Assembly: GCA_965246885.1 (NCBI GenBank) | Contig: OZ251992.1 | Span: forward strand, 1,216,001 to 1,280,000 | Length of the DNA: 64,000 bases | Reading direction: 5' to 3' | Origin: Abditibacterium sp. | GTDB taxonomy: Bacteria; Armatimonadota; Abditibacteriia; Abditibacteriales; Abditibacteriaceae | Shown here: positions 46,934 through 56,245 of the stretch, piece by piece | How positions within the stretch are numbered: position 1 is the first letter of the stretch | How the letters are laid out: every line of letters begins with the position of its first letter | Program-made: the position numbers and the translations under genes | Notes under the pieces: model-generated | Told to the model about the DNA's origin: nothing | Databases searched by the model: none | The model's input: the letters and a program-made list of their open reading frames with translations, nothing else

Positions 46934-47719
46934 TCACTCGCGGGGCGTGTTCTTCTCACCCGCCTTGGCCTTGCGCTTAGCCTCCGCGTCAGCTTCCGCT
47001 TGGATGGCCAGCCTCTTCATTTCGGCGTCCGGCTCCAGTTCCGAGGAGGGGATCGCGGGGTTGAGCTTAATGTCCGAGTGCTCCTCACTTGTATCGAGGG
47101 TCTTGCCGTTCACGACTTGGTGAACTCGCACCGCCCGCACCGAGAGATCAGACTCGCCGACGAAGTAGTCAATTTGTGCGGTAGATTTGGGCGCTTCGAG
47201 CCGCACCACAATATGCGCTTCGCCCTTACGCTCGCCCTCGCCCTCCGCGATGGAGCGGACGTAAGAGCCGAAAGGTTGTAAAGGGTTCGTGTTTTGGAGA
47301 AGCGGCCTGACGCCAAACTCGGTCGCGTGAATGAACTTCCAGAGTTCATCTTGCGGAGCGAAGTCGCGGCTTAGGCGATACACATCATCGGGCATGGCGT
47401 TGATATAAACTTTCTTGCCATCGTCCACGAAGCGCATCTCCCACTGCCCGCCTTTCACTTTGGAGCGCACGTAAAGTCGGGGCGGTGCGAACCGAATTTG
47501 CGACTTGCCATCCGAGACCATCGCGTCAAAGGCATCCAAGGCGTCGCCGCTTCGGTGCCACTTCATCGCGCCCGAATACGACTTGAGCGCGCGGTAGTAG
47601 TCGAAAACCTTTTTCAAAAGAGCGTGAGCTTTCGGCTCGAAGTGGGGCGGCTGAGCTTTGGGGGTCGCGTTGGCGGCAGTGGCACAAAGCGACAGGCAAA
47701 GGAGAAAAGGGCGCTTCAC
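46934..47719 (-). CDS. Exported LolA/DUF2092-like protein
   Basis: Signal peptide; ALLKKVFDYYRALKSYS and EEHSDIKLNPAIP.. Confidence 0.6.
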   Translation of the reverse strand: MKRPFLLCLSLCATAANATPKAQPPHFEPKAHALLKKVFDYYRALKSYSGAMKWHRSGDALDAFDAMVSDGKSQIRFAPPRLYVRSKVKGGQWEMRFVDDGKKVYINAMPDDVYRLSRDFAPQDELWKFIHATEFGVRPLLQNTNPLQPFGSYVRSIAEGEGERKGEAHIVVRLEAPKSTAQIDYFVGESDLSVRAVRVHQVVNGKTLDTSEEHSDIKLNPAIPSSELEPDAEMKRLAIQAEADAEAKRKAKAGEKNTPRE

Positions 47720-47751
47720 CCATTGAAGTTTGACCTAACCCGAAAAAGAAA

Positions 47752-47776
47752 AGCGAAGCGCCGGGGGCGCTTCGCT
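47752..47776 (-). terminator. Intrinsic terminator of the GGDEF-EAL gene
   Basis: AGCGAAGCGCC-GGG-GGCGCTTCGCT followed by a T-run on the minus strand. Confidence 0.8.
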
Positions 47777-47794
47777 GGAATTAAATAGATAAGT

Positions 47795-50700
47795 TCACGC
47801 GGCGACGGCGGCGGTTTGGGACTCTTCCATGAGCAGTTGCGACAGGGCGCCCGCGTCGAGGGGACGCGCGAACAGAAAGCCTTGGCCGACGGCGCAACCC
47901 ATTTCGCGCAGTTGGGAGAGTTGCTCGGCGGTTTCGATGCCCTCGGCGGTGATGGGGATGCCCAACCCCTGACCGAGGGTTTGGACGGCTTGCATGATGA
48001 CCGAACGTTCGGGCGACAGCGCCCCGACGCGTAGGCCGCGCCGCGAGGTCTTACCGATTTGCGCCACGAAGGAGCGGTCTATCTTCAGGGCGTCGAGCGG
48101 AAAGCGTTCGAGATACGCGAGGCTGGAATACCCCGTGCCGAAGTCGTCAATAGCCAGCTTAACGCCCAACTTCTTGAGTTCTTCGAGCGTCTTGATGGTT
48201 TCGTCTGCGTCTTCCATGACGGCGGTTTCGGTGATTTCCAGTTCCAAATGCTTGGCATCCAGCCCCGTTTCTTCCAACACCCGCCGCACGTCGCGCACGA
48301 TGTCGCCGCCTTGAAACTGGCGCGCCGACAGGTTGACGCTCATCTTAAGTGGCGTGTCGGGGAACTGCGTTTCCCACTTCTTGGCCTGCGTGCACGCTTC
48401 GCGGAGCACCCATTCCCCGATGGGGAGAATCATACCCGACTCCTCGGCGATGGGAATAAAGTCATTCGGCCCAATCAGCCCGCGTTCGGGGTGTTGCCAG
48501 CGCACGAGGGCTTCGACGCCAATCACCTTGTCGAGCGTCAAGTCAATGAGCGGCTGATACGCGAGGCGCAGTTGGTTCCACTTGACGGCTTGGCGCAGCT
48601 CAATTTCCAATTGCAGCCGCTCCAATGCTTGCGCACTCATCTGCGTGTCGAAGACCTCGTAGCGCGCTTTGCCCTTGTTTTTGGCGCGGTACATGGCGAT
48701 GTCGGCGTTTCGCAACAGGTCGCCCGCGCGGTCGTGCTTGGAGAAGCTCAGCGCCATGCCGATGGACGCGGTGACTTCGATTTCGCGGCCCTCGAAGCTA
48801 AGCGGCGCGGTAATGGACTCGATCAGCCGCTCGGTCACGGCTTTGGCGTCGTCGAGGCCGTTGAGGTCTTCCAACAGAAGCGTGAACTCGTCGCCGCCAA
48901 AGCGCGCGGCGGTGTCGCCGGGGCGCAGGCTGTCGTGCAAGCGGTGGGCGATTTCTTTGAGCAGCCAGTCGCCGCGCTCGTGGCCCATTGTGTCGTTTAT
49001 GGTTTTGAAGCGGTCGAGGTCGAAGAACAAAACCGCCAGTGCCTTGCCCCGGCGGTCAAGGCGCGACAGGGCGTGTTCGACGCGATTGAGGAACAGGGTG
49101 CGGTTCGGCAAATCCGTGAGCGGGTCGTGGAACGCGCGGTGCGCGAGTTGCGCCTCGTAGCGCTTGCGGTCGGTGATATCGGAGAACGTCCACACGCGCC
49201 CAAAGAAGCGCCCATCCGCGCCGCGCGCTGGGGCCGACGTGCGCTCAAAGATGCGGTCGTCGCGTAGCGTTACTTCGTCGTGACTGCTTGATTCGGGGTG
49301 CTCGCGGAGCAGGTTCATCTTTTCGATGAACTCGTCCGGCGCGCGCATGAGCGAGAGCACCCACGCCGTCAGTTGGCGTCCGTCGCGCGCTTCTTCGACG
49401 AGAGTGGGCGGAATGTGCCACATCTGCGTAAAACGGCGGTTGTGCGATACGACTTGGCCGCGCTCGTCCACGAGGCAGATGCCATCCGCGCTCGCTTCTT
49501 GGGTCGCTTCGAGGATGGCGTTGGTTTGGAGCAATTCGTCCAAGTGACGGTGGCGCTCGGTTACATCAATCGTCAGACCCCGCGCGCGCACCACTTTGCC
49601 CTCTTGCAGTTCCGGCGTAATCAGCGCACGCAACCACATCTCTTTGTTGTTGCGCGAGTTGTTGGCGCGAAACTCCAACTCCCAAGGCGTCTTGTCCGTC
49701 TTGTGAACCTCGATCTCGTCCAAAATGCGCCGCCGCTCGTCGGGATGCACCAGCCGCAACCACGCTTTCGGGTCGGTGCGCAGCGCTTTGGACGACAAGC
49801 CCAGCCAACTCTCGACTTGCTCGGAGACAAATGTCGGCCCTTCCGCGAGAGCGTCCACTTCCCACACGATGGCGTCCACGTCGTTGACAAGCGAGCGGTA
49901 GCGCGCTTCGGCCTCGCGCGTGCCATGCAACAAGCGCACGCCGCGCACCGCGACGCCGGTTTGCTCGGCGACCATTAAACAGACGCGTTGGTGCTCTTCC
50001 GTCCACACAAACGGCTTCTCGGACGCGAAAAGCAGCGCGCCTGCCGCTCCCTCTCCCTCTTCTCCCGACAACGGCACCGCCACGAACGAGCGCGCGGGGA
50101 ACGAAAAGCCGCAAATCTCTCCGCGCCACGAGTTATCCAAAAGGGTGGCGCGCGTGTTGAGCGTTTTCCACAGGGGACAAGTAGGGTCGGCGTCGGGCGC
50201 GAGGGTGGCTTCTAAGGCGCCTCCGGCGGTTTGCCCCACAACATGAAGGGCGCCGCCTCCGTTTTTCCAACCCAACAGAAGCGCCGTGACGGGCAGAAGC
50301 GGGCGCATCTGCGTCCACGTCACGCGCGCGATAGAAGCGAAGTCGCTTTGTAGGTGGACGGTCTTCGAGAGGGAAATGAGCGATTCCAGTTCGAGTTGGT
50401 GGCGCTGACGCGCAGTAATCTCGCGCGACACCATCACCACGCGGCGGTTGTCACTGCTGCCAATACCCCGCAGCGCCGACTCGAACCAGCGCTGGTCGCC
50501 ATCGAGCGAGAGCAGTTGGTGCTTGGCGCGACCAATGCGCGTTCCGGCGAGCGCGGCGGTGTACTCGGCAATCAGCAGGGGACGCTCGCCGTCAGGCACG
50601 CAGTCGAAAACCGAAGTCACTCCCCCCCCCGTTGTGGCACTAAACGAAGAAGATTGATAAGTAAAACGCCCTTCCGAATCGAGTTCGCAGATGAGGTCGA

Positions 50701-50851
50701 AGCTCGAATCGGCGATGGCGCGCAGCCGCTCGGTGGAAGCGGCATCGGCTTCGGGCGCGAAGGCCCGCGCCGCCGACAAAGGCCGTTCGCCCGCCGGGAA
50801 AAGGGCGGGTGAAGTGTCGGATTGCGACGAAAGGTCGAAAGGTGATGCCAT
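47795..50851 (-). CDS. PAS-GAF-PAS-PAS-GGDEF-EAL diguanylate cyclase/phosphodiesterase
   Basis: HDPLTDLPNR, DLDRFK, RFGGDEF, EALVRW, EITE and IDDFGTGYSSL. Start set at MASPFD. Confidence 0.95.
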   Translation of the reverse strand: MASPFDLSSQSDTSPALFPAGERPLSAARAFAPEADAASTERLRAIADSSFDLICELDSEGRFTYQSSSFSATTGGGVTSVFDCVPDGERPLLIAEYTAALAGTRIGRAKHQLLSLDGDQRWFESALRGIGSSDNRRVVMVSREITARQRHQLELESLISLSKTVHLQSDFASIARVTWTQMRPLLPVTALLLGWKNGGGALHVVGQTAGGALEATLAPDADPTCPLWKTLNTRATLLDNSWRGEICGFSFPARSFVAVPLSGEEGEGAAGALLFASEKPFVWTEEHQRVCLMVAEQTGVAVRGVRLLHGTREAEARYRSLVNDVDAIVWEVDALAEGPTFVSEQVESWLGLSSKALRTDPKAWLRLVHPDERRRILDEIEVHKTDKTPWELEFRANNSRNNKEMWLRALITPELQEGKVVRARGLTIDVTERHRHLDELLQTNAILEATQEASADGICLVDERGQVVSHNRRFTQMWHIPPTLVEEARDGRQLTAWVLSLMRAPDEFIEKMNLLREHPESSSHDEVTLRDDRIFERTSAPARGADGRFFGRVWTFSDITDRKRYEAQLAHRAFHDPLTDLPNRTLFLNRVEHALSRLDRRGKALAVLFFDLDRFKTINDTMGHERGDWLLKEIAHRLHDSLRPGDTAARFGGDEFTLLLEDLNGLDDAKAVTERLIESITAPLSFEGREIEVTASIGMALSFSKHDRAGDLLRNADIAMYRAKNKGKARYEVFDTQMSAQALERLQLEIELRQAVKWNQLRLAYQPLIDLTLDKVIGVEALVRWQHPERGLIGPNDFIPIAEESGMILPIGEWVLREACTQAKKWETQFPDTPLKMSVNLSARQFQGGDIVRDVRRVLEETGLDAKHLELEITETAVMEDADETIKTLEELKKLGVKLAIDDFGTGYSSLAYLERFPLDALKIDRSFVAQIGKTSRRGLRVGALSPERSVIMQAVQTLGQGLGIPITAEGIETAEQLSQLREMGCAVGQGFLFARPLDAGALSQLLMEESQTAAVAA

Positions 50852-51064
50852 AGGCCGACAATGCGCCGAGAACGAGCACAAATCCCACTGGCGCGCGCAC
50901 AAAATTGCTCCCCCTTTCCCTTGACCCAAGCAACTGCCAAGAGACGCAGAGATTTTTCTCCCATTCATTTTGGCAGAAAAACAAATTTTTGCAACAGGGC
51001 ACGCCCTGAAAAAGAGCTTTGATTGCTTTAAAGCCCTTGTCCGACACCGGGCACACTCACGCGG

Positions 51065-53332
51065 TCAATACACTGAGACAGCTAAGGCAACGTTCTTTCC
51101 AACGCCCTCGCACAGCAACTTCCCGGCTTGGGCGGCGGGTAGGGGCTTGGAAAACAAATATCCCTGCGCCCACTGGACGCCGAGCGCTTGCACTGTTTCC
51201 AGTTGCGCGTGCGTCTCGACCCCTTCGGCCACGATCTGCAATTCCAGCGCGCTTCCCAAACTGGTGATGGCGCGCACGAGGGTTTGATTCTTGTCCATGC
51301 GCGCGATAAACGAGCGGTCAATTTTGAGTGCATCGAGCGGGAACAGTTCCAGATACGCGAGGCTGGAATACCCCGTTCCAAAGTCGTCAATTGAAACGCC
51401 CGCGCCGGTGCTTTTAATAATTTCCAATTGCCGCGCCGCACCTTGTGCGTCGCTCATCAGCGCCGATTCGGTGATTTCCAACATCAGTTGCGTGGCGGGA
51501 AGCCCACTCTCGCCTAAAATGCGCGCGATCTGGGCCACCATATCCGTTAATTCTAACTGCCGCGCCGAAATGTTGACATGCACTGCGATAGGTTGCCCGA
51601 ACTCCTCGCTCCACGCGCGCGCCTGACTACACGCCACGCGGAGTACCCACTCGCCGATGGGCACGATCAAACCCGCTTCTTCGGCCACGCGGATGAACTC
51701 CATTGGCGACACCCAGCCGCGTGTTGGATGATGCCACCGGATGAGGGCCTCAAACGCGCCGATGCGCCCCGTCGCCAATTCCATAATCGGCTGATAGAAC
51801 AGTTCGAGTTCGCCTTTTTTGATGGCCGCCGACAAGTCCAACTCCAACTGCAACTCGTCCATCGCCGCGTGCGAAAGCGATTCCGAGAACAGTTGGTAAC
51901 GCGCTTTTCCGCCGTTTTTCGCGCGATACATCGCCACGTCCGCTTTGCGCAGGATGTCGTCTGGCGACTCTTGCGGGTCGCCCCCGATGACGATGCCCAC
52001 CGACGCCGTGACCGAAACGGCCCGCCCCGCCAAATGAAACGGCGCGCTCAGCGTATCGGCGATGCGTTGCGCGACAGTAGTCGCGTCGTCGGCGGAAGTC
52101 ACATCTTCGAGGAGCACCACGAACTCGTCGCCGCCAAAGCGCGCTGCGATGTCGCCCGGTCGCAACGACGCGCGCAAGCGCACCGCCACTTCCACCAGCA
52201 AGCGGTCGCCCGTCTCGTGGCCAAGCGAATCGTTCACCACCTTAAAGCGGTCGAGATCAAGAAACAAAACCGCCAACCGCCGCCGAGTGCGCGCCAAAGT
52301 TTTCAGGGCACGATTGAGACGCTCGCCAAACAACACGCGATTGGGCAGGCCCGTTACTGCATCGTAAAAAGCTTGGTGCGCCAGTTGGCGCTCGGTTTCC
52401 TTGCGGCTCGAAATATCCGCAAATGTCCAGACGCGCCCGATGGAACGCGCCGCGCCCTCCCCATCGGGCGCAGGCGTAACGGCTGGAGCCGAGAATCGCT
52501 CGAAAGTGCGCCCGTCCCGCAGCGCGATCTCGTCCTGCGCTTGGGCATCGGGTTGCTCGAAGAGCGCCGAGATGCGATGGAGAAACTCGTCGGGGTCAGC
52601 GAGTTGTTCCAAGACGAAGCTCATCACCGTACCCGCTTGGGAGTGGAGCGCCTCGGTTTCTTCGTCCAAGCCCCACAATTGCGCAAAGCGCCGGTTATAC
52701 GACAGCAGTTCGCCCGCGCTTGACACAAGGCAAATCCCTTCGGAACTGGCTTCTTGCACGGCGCGCAGGATGGCCAAATTCTCCGCGTGTTCGCGCGCCC
52801 GCTCGTCGCGCTCACGCAATAGCTCCGCGCCCTCGACAGCGCCGCCAATTAATTCTCCCACCAAACGCGCCAAACGCAACTCCGACTGCGTCCAGACGCG
52901 CGGAGAATCAGCGTCCAAGTGCAACACGCCTACCGTACGCTCGCCCACGCGCAGAGGCACGTTGATAAAAGCGCGGGGGCGCTCCCACGTGCTTTCTGCT
53001 TCTGACCACACTTGGCCGCTTTCAATCAGCGCCCACAACGGATGGTCAGGCGACTGCGCGCGCCCAATGGGATAAACAACGTGTTCGGGGCGGCTTCGGG
53101 CAACGGACTCAATCTTATCTCCACGCACAAGAGAGACAAACAGCGAGTCGAAGCGGATGAACGGCGCCAACTGCTCCACCAACACATCCACCACTTGCTG
53201 CGGCGACGAGCGCGCGCTCACGCGCCGCACGATGGCGTATATCGCTTCCCCTTCCGCCGCGTTTTGCGGCCACTCCTTGTCCTGCGCCGGGACAGCCGGA
53301 AGGATGGGCGAGGAAGCGAGCGGGGCGGGCAT
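51065..53332 (-). CDS. GAF-PAS-GGDEF-EAL diguanylate cyclase/phosphodiesterase
   Basis: DAVTGLPNR, RFGGDEF, EALIRW and IDDFGTGYSSL. Confidence 0.95.
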   Translation of the reverse strand: MPAPLASSPILPAVPAQDKEWPQNAAEGEAIYAIVRRVSARSSPQQVVDVLVEQLAPFIRFDSLFVSLVRGDKIESVARSRPEHVVYPIGRAQSPDHPLWALIESGQVWSEAESTWERPRAFINVPLRVGERTVGVLHLDADSPRVWTQSELRLARLVGELIGGAVEGAELLRERDERAREHAENLAILRAVQEASSEGICLVSSAGELLSYNRRFAQLWGLDEETEALHSQAGTVMSFVLEQLADPDEFLHRISALFEQPDAQAQDEIALRDGRTFERFSAPAVTPAPDGEGAARSIGRVWTFADISSRKETERQLAHQAFYDAVTGLPNRVLFGERLNRALKTLARTRRRLAVLFLDLDRFKVVNDSLGHETGDRLLVEVAVRLRASLRPGDIAARFGGDEFVVLLEDVTSADDATTVAQRIADTLSAPFHLAGRAVSVTASVGIVIGGDPQESPDDILRKADVAMYRAKNGGKARYQLFSESLSHAAMDELQLELDLSAAIKKGELELFYQPIMELATGRIGAFEALIRWHHPTRGWVSPMEFIRVAEEAGLIVPIGEWVLRVACSQARAWSEEFGQPIAVHVNISARQLELTDMVAQIARILGESGLPATQLMLEITESALMSDAQGAARQLEIIKSTGAGVSIDDFGTGYSSLAYLELFPLDALKIDRSFIARMDKNQTLVRAITSLGSALELQIVAEGVETHAQLETVQALGVQWAQGYLFSKPLPAAQAGKLLCEGVGKNVALAVSVY

Positions 53333-53462
53333 GAAAGAAGGGAAGGGCTGAGGTGCTCATTGCGATGTGAGCCTAAGTGGGAGACGTTCAGAGCGGCGAC
53401 GTAGTTCGCACGCTCTGGCAATGGTTGTGCCTTTGGCGCGAGAGAGGGTGTTGTTAACAAAA

Positions 53463-53488
53463 AACCCGCCCCAAATTTGGGGCGGGTT
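53463..53488 (-). terminator. Intrinsic terminator of degP
   Basis: AACCCGCCCCAA-AT-TTGGGGCGGGTT followed by a T-run on the minus strand. Confidence 0.8.
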
Positions 53489-53504
53489 CGTGTTTGGTTT
53501 TCCT

Positions 53505-55208
53505 TTAACCAATCGAAACGACGACGAACGAGCGGTCGCCGCCCCGGTTGATATACAACGCGACCTTTTTGTCTCCGGTCTGACGTCCGAGCAGTTGCTT
53601 GACCTGCGCGTCCATTTCACCGACGGACGAAACAGGGGTTTGCGCGACTTGCTCGATGACGTCGCCGATCTTGAGGCCCGCGTCGTCGGCAGGAGAGCCG
53701 TCGGCAACCGCCGTAACAACCACGCCCTTAGCTGCCTTGATGCCCAACTGCTTCGCCACTTCCGCCGACAGGTTCTTGGTCTTAAGGCCGGGAATGGCGC
53801 TCGCAACGCCGTTGGTGGCGCCGGGAGCACCGCCGTTCGAGGAGTCATCGCTCAGCTTGGGCGTTGCCACGTCTTTGAGTTCCTCAGTGACGGCTTTGAG
53901 TTGCACAGTTTGGCCACCGCGCACCACATCGAGGGTGATGGTCGAGCCGATGGCCGCGTTTCCGACGCGGCGCTGCAAGTCGCTCGACTTAGTGACCGCT
54001 TCGCCGTTGAACTTAACGATGACATCGCCGGGACGAAGCCCTGCCTTGGCACCCGGCCCATTGGGAGCGGAGATGGATTCGATAAGCACGCCCTTCAAGG
54101 AGGGGTCGAGACCATAAGCGGCGGCGACGTCCTCGACGTTCTTGATGGACACGCCCAGATAGCCCCGGCGCACGCGGCCACTGCTGGCGATCTGGTCGGC
54201 CACGAAGCGCGCGGTATTGATGGGGATGGCGAAGCCGATGCCTTGGTTGCCGCCGGACTCAGAATAGATGGCGTTGTTGACGCCAATGACGCGCCCGTAG
54301 ATGTCAAGGAGCGGGCCACCGGAGTTGCCGGGGTTAATCGAAGCGTCGGTTTGCAAGTAGTCGGTGCGGGTGTCTTGGCCGATGGCGAGGTTGAGTTCGC
54401 GGGCGCGGGCCGAAATGACGCCCACCGTCAGGGTGTGGTCAAGGCCGAAGGGATTGCCAACAGCGATGGCCCAGTCGCCCACTTTGGTGGAGTCCGAGTC
54501 GCCCAACTTGACGGTCGGGAAGCCGGTGCCGGGGATTTTGACGACGGCGATGTCGGTGCGCTCGTCGCGGCCCAACACCTGCGCTTTGGGAAACTTGCGG
54601 CCATCGGACAGGGTGACGGAAACGGTTTTGGCCTTTTGCACAACGTGCGCGTTGGTTAGAATAAGGCCGTCTTGCCGGTAGATCATGCCAGACCCCAAGC
54701 CGCCGCCGCGCTCTTGCACGTCGCGGAAGGCGACCAAGGCGCGTTGCTTGAGGATGCGGCCCCCAACGGAGTCGGGGTGATACGACTGGCCTTGCAAGCC
54801 GAAGTCGCGCTGGAACTTTTTGAAGAACTGCTGGAAGTCGGAGTTCGGGTCGGTGCCGGGGGCGCTTTGGTCGCCACCGCCTTCGGGGGCTTGGTTGCCA
54901 AAGGGCGACGGGAAGCGGTGGGGCAGCGCCCCCGAAGTCTTCGTCGGACGTGCACCCTCGGTGACGATGGTGACGACGGCGTCTTTGGCCGCCGCCGCAA
55001 CGTTGACGAAAGCGGTTTGAGTGGCGGCGGCATCCTTGGCAGGAGCCACGTCAACGACCGGCGCGGTCTGAACAGGCGGAGTCGAAGCGCCGCCGCCTTG
55101 AGCGTTGACGCGCACGTTATGAAGGGAGTAACCGGCGCCCAAGGCGACGAGGATCGCGCCCGCTTGGATGACGCGGCGCGCACGGACGGTTTTCGATGGA
55201 GTGGCCAT
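53505..55208 (-). CDS. degP: HtrA/DegP (Do family) serine protease with two PDZ domains
   Basis: LTNAHVV, TDIAVVKI and QTDASINPGNSGGPL; two PDZ domains (AGLRPGDVI, AGLKIGDVI). Confidence 0.93.
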   Translation of the reverse strand: MATPSKTVRARRVIQAGAILVALGAGYSLHNVRVNAQGGGASTPPVQTAPVVDVAPAKDAAATQTAFVNVAAAAKDAVVTIVTEGARPTKTSGALPHRFPSPFGNQAPEGGGDQSAPGTDPNSDFQQFFKKFQRDFGLQGQSYHPDSVGGRILKQRALVAFRDVQERGGGLGSGMIYRQDGLILTNAHVVQKAKTVSVTLSDGRKFPKAQVLGRDERTDIAVVKIPGTGFPTVKLGDSDSTKVGDWAIAVGNPFGLDHTLTVGVISARARELNLAIGQDTRTDYLQTDASINPGNSGGPLLDIYGRVIGVNNAIYSESGGNQGIGFAIPINTARFVADQIASSGRVRRGYLGVSIKNVEDVAAAYGLDPSLKGVLIESISAPNGPGAKAGLRPGDVIVKFNGEAVTKSSDLQRRVGNAAIGSTITLDVVRGGQTVQLKAVTEELKDVATPKLSDDSSNGGAPGATNGVASAIPGLKTKNLSAEVAKQLGIKAAKGVVVTAVADGSPADDAGLKIGDVIEQVAQTPVSSVGEMDAQVKQLLGRQTGDKKVALYINRGGDRSFVVVSIG

Positions 55209-55610
55209 AGTGGTTGAGAACGAACTGGAAATTTCGCGTTGCGAGTGAGAAACTCACTCGCAATTCGCTCGCCGCACTTGGGTTGGGGAGGGCAAAACGA
55301 GCCGCTCATTTCGAGAGGTGAAGGTTCTGACGCCACGTCGTTTCGTGGGGTTTCCCCGCGCTTCGCCCGCAAAGTCGCCAAGGCGCAAGAGGTGTGAATT
55401 TGTGTTACCGCCGCCGGAACCGGGCGCAACCAAGGGAGCCGAAGAGGAAGCAGAGCAGGGAGTTGAAGCGGGCGCACAGGTTCCTTTGCGACTTCCCAGA
55501 ACACCGTCTCCCTCTTGTCTTTTCCTGCCGCGTTTCTTTGAACCGGGGGCGCGGGCGAGCGTTGAACACAGTGGCGCTCGCGCCACCGTTTCGACAACCT
55601 CTAAACCACC

Positions 55611-56057
55611 ATGTTGCGCTACATCCTCACCCATCTGGGCCACCGTGTCTTGAAAGAAACTGGCGCTTCGCGCGCCCTTGACTGGAAGTTGGGCTTGCGC
55701 TTGTTCCGCGATGGGCGCGTGCCTGCTTCGACCAAAGCCCTCGCCGTCGGTTTGGGTGTCGCGGCTCTGGCCGTGCTGCAAGTGATGGAACTGCCCATCG
55801 AAAGCGCCCTCGCGCTTCTTGTGCCGGTTCTTGGCTTCGCGGGCGACATCGCCATTGAGGGCGTCGAGATTTTGGCCGTGCCGTTCTTCGCCGCGACCTT
55901 GCTGCTGCCCTTCTTGGCGCCGCGCGAAGTCGTCGAACTGGCGCGCGGCGAAGCCGACGGCATGCCCCAAACCGCTCCCATTCCCGATGCCGCCCCGCCC
56001 CGCAAGGGTTTCTTCGGTGGGCGCATTTACGACGCTTCGGGCGCCGTCATCCGCTAA
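55611..56057 (+). CDS. Small membrane hypothetical protein
   Basis: RLFRDGRVP..TKAL followed by hydrophobic helices; terminator follows. Confidence 0.65.
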   Translation: MLRYILTHLGHRVLKETGASRALDWKLGLRLFRDGRVPASTKALAVGLGVAALAVLQVMELPIESALALLVPVLGFAGDIAIEGVEILAVPFFAATLLLPFLAPREVVELARGEADGMPQTAPIPDAAPPRKGFFGGRIYDASGAVIR

Positions 56058-56080
56058 AACCAAACCGTAACCGATATATG

Positions 56081-56110
56081 GAAGCGCCGCGACGAATGTC
56101 GCGGCGCTTC
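56081..56110 (+). terminator. Intrinsic terminator
   Basis: GAAGCGCCGCGAC-GAAT-GTCGCGGCGCTTC followed by TTTG. Confidence 0.75.
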
Positions 56111-56245
56111 TTTGCGCTTGCGGCCTTGGGAATAATTTCTGAGTTGGCTTTATAAAGCCACACTGCGCCCGAAAAACCTCCGCAGAAACGCAACTTGCGC
56201 CCGCCTAAAACGTCCAATTTAACTGTTCATTTAAGCGAGTGAAAT

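Noticed and set aside
50852..51064. c-di-GMP riboswitch between the GGDEF-EAL genes
   Set aside because: No GEMM-like GCAAA...GAAA...GACGCAAAG pattern; looks like an AT-rich promoter region.
56160..56245. LexA/SOS box upstream of the SRAP-SWIM gene
   Set aside because: No match to CTGT-N8-ACAG or GAAC-N4-GTTC; a lineage-specific box cannot be excluded.
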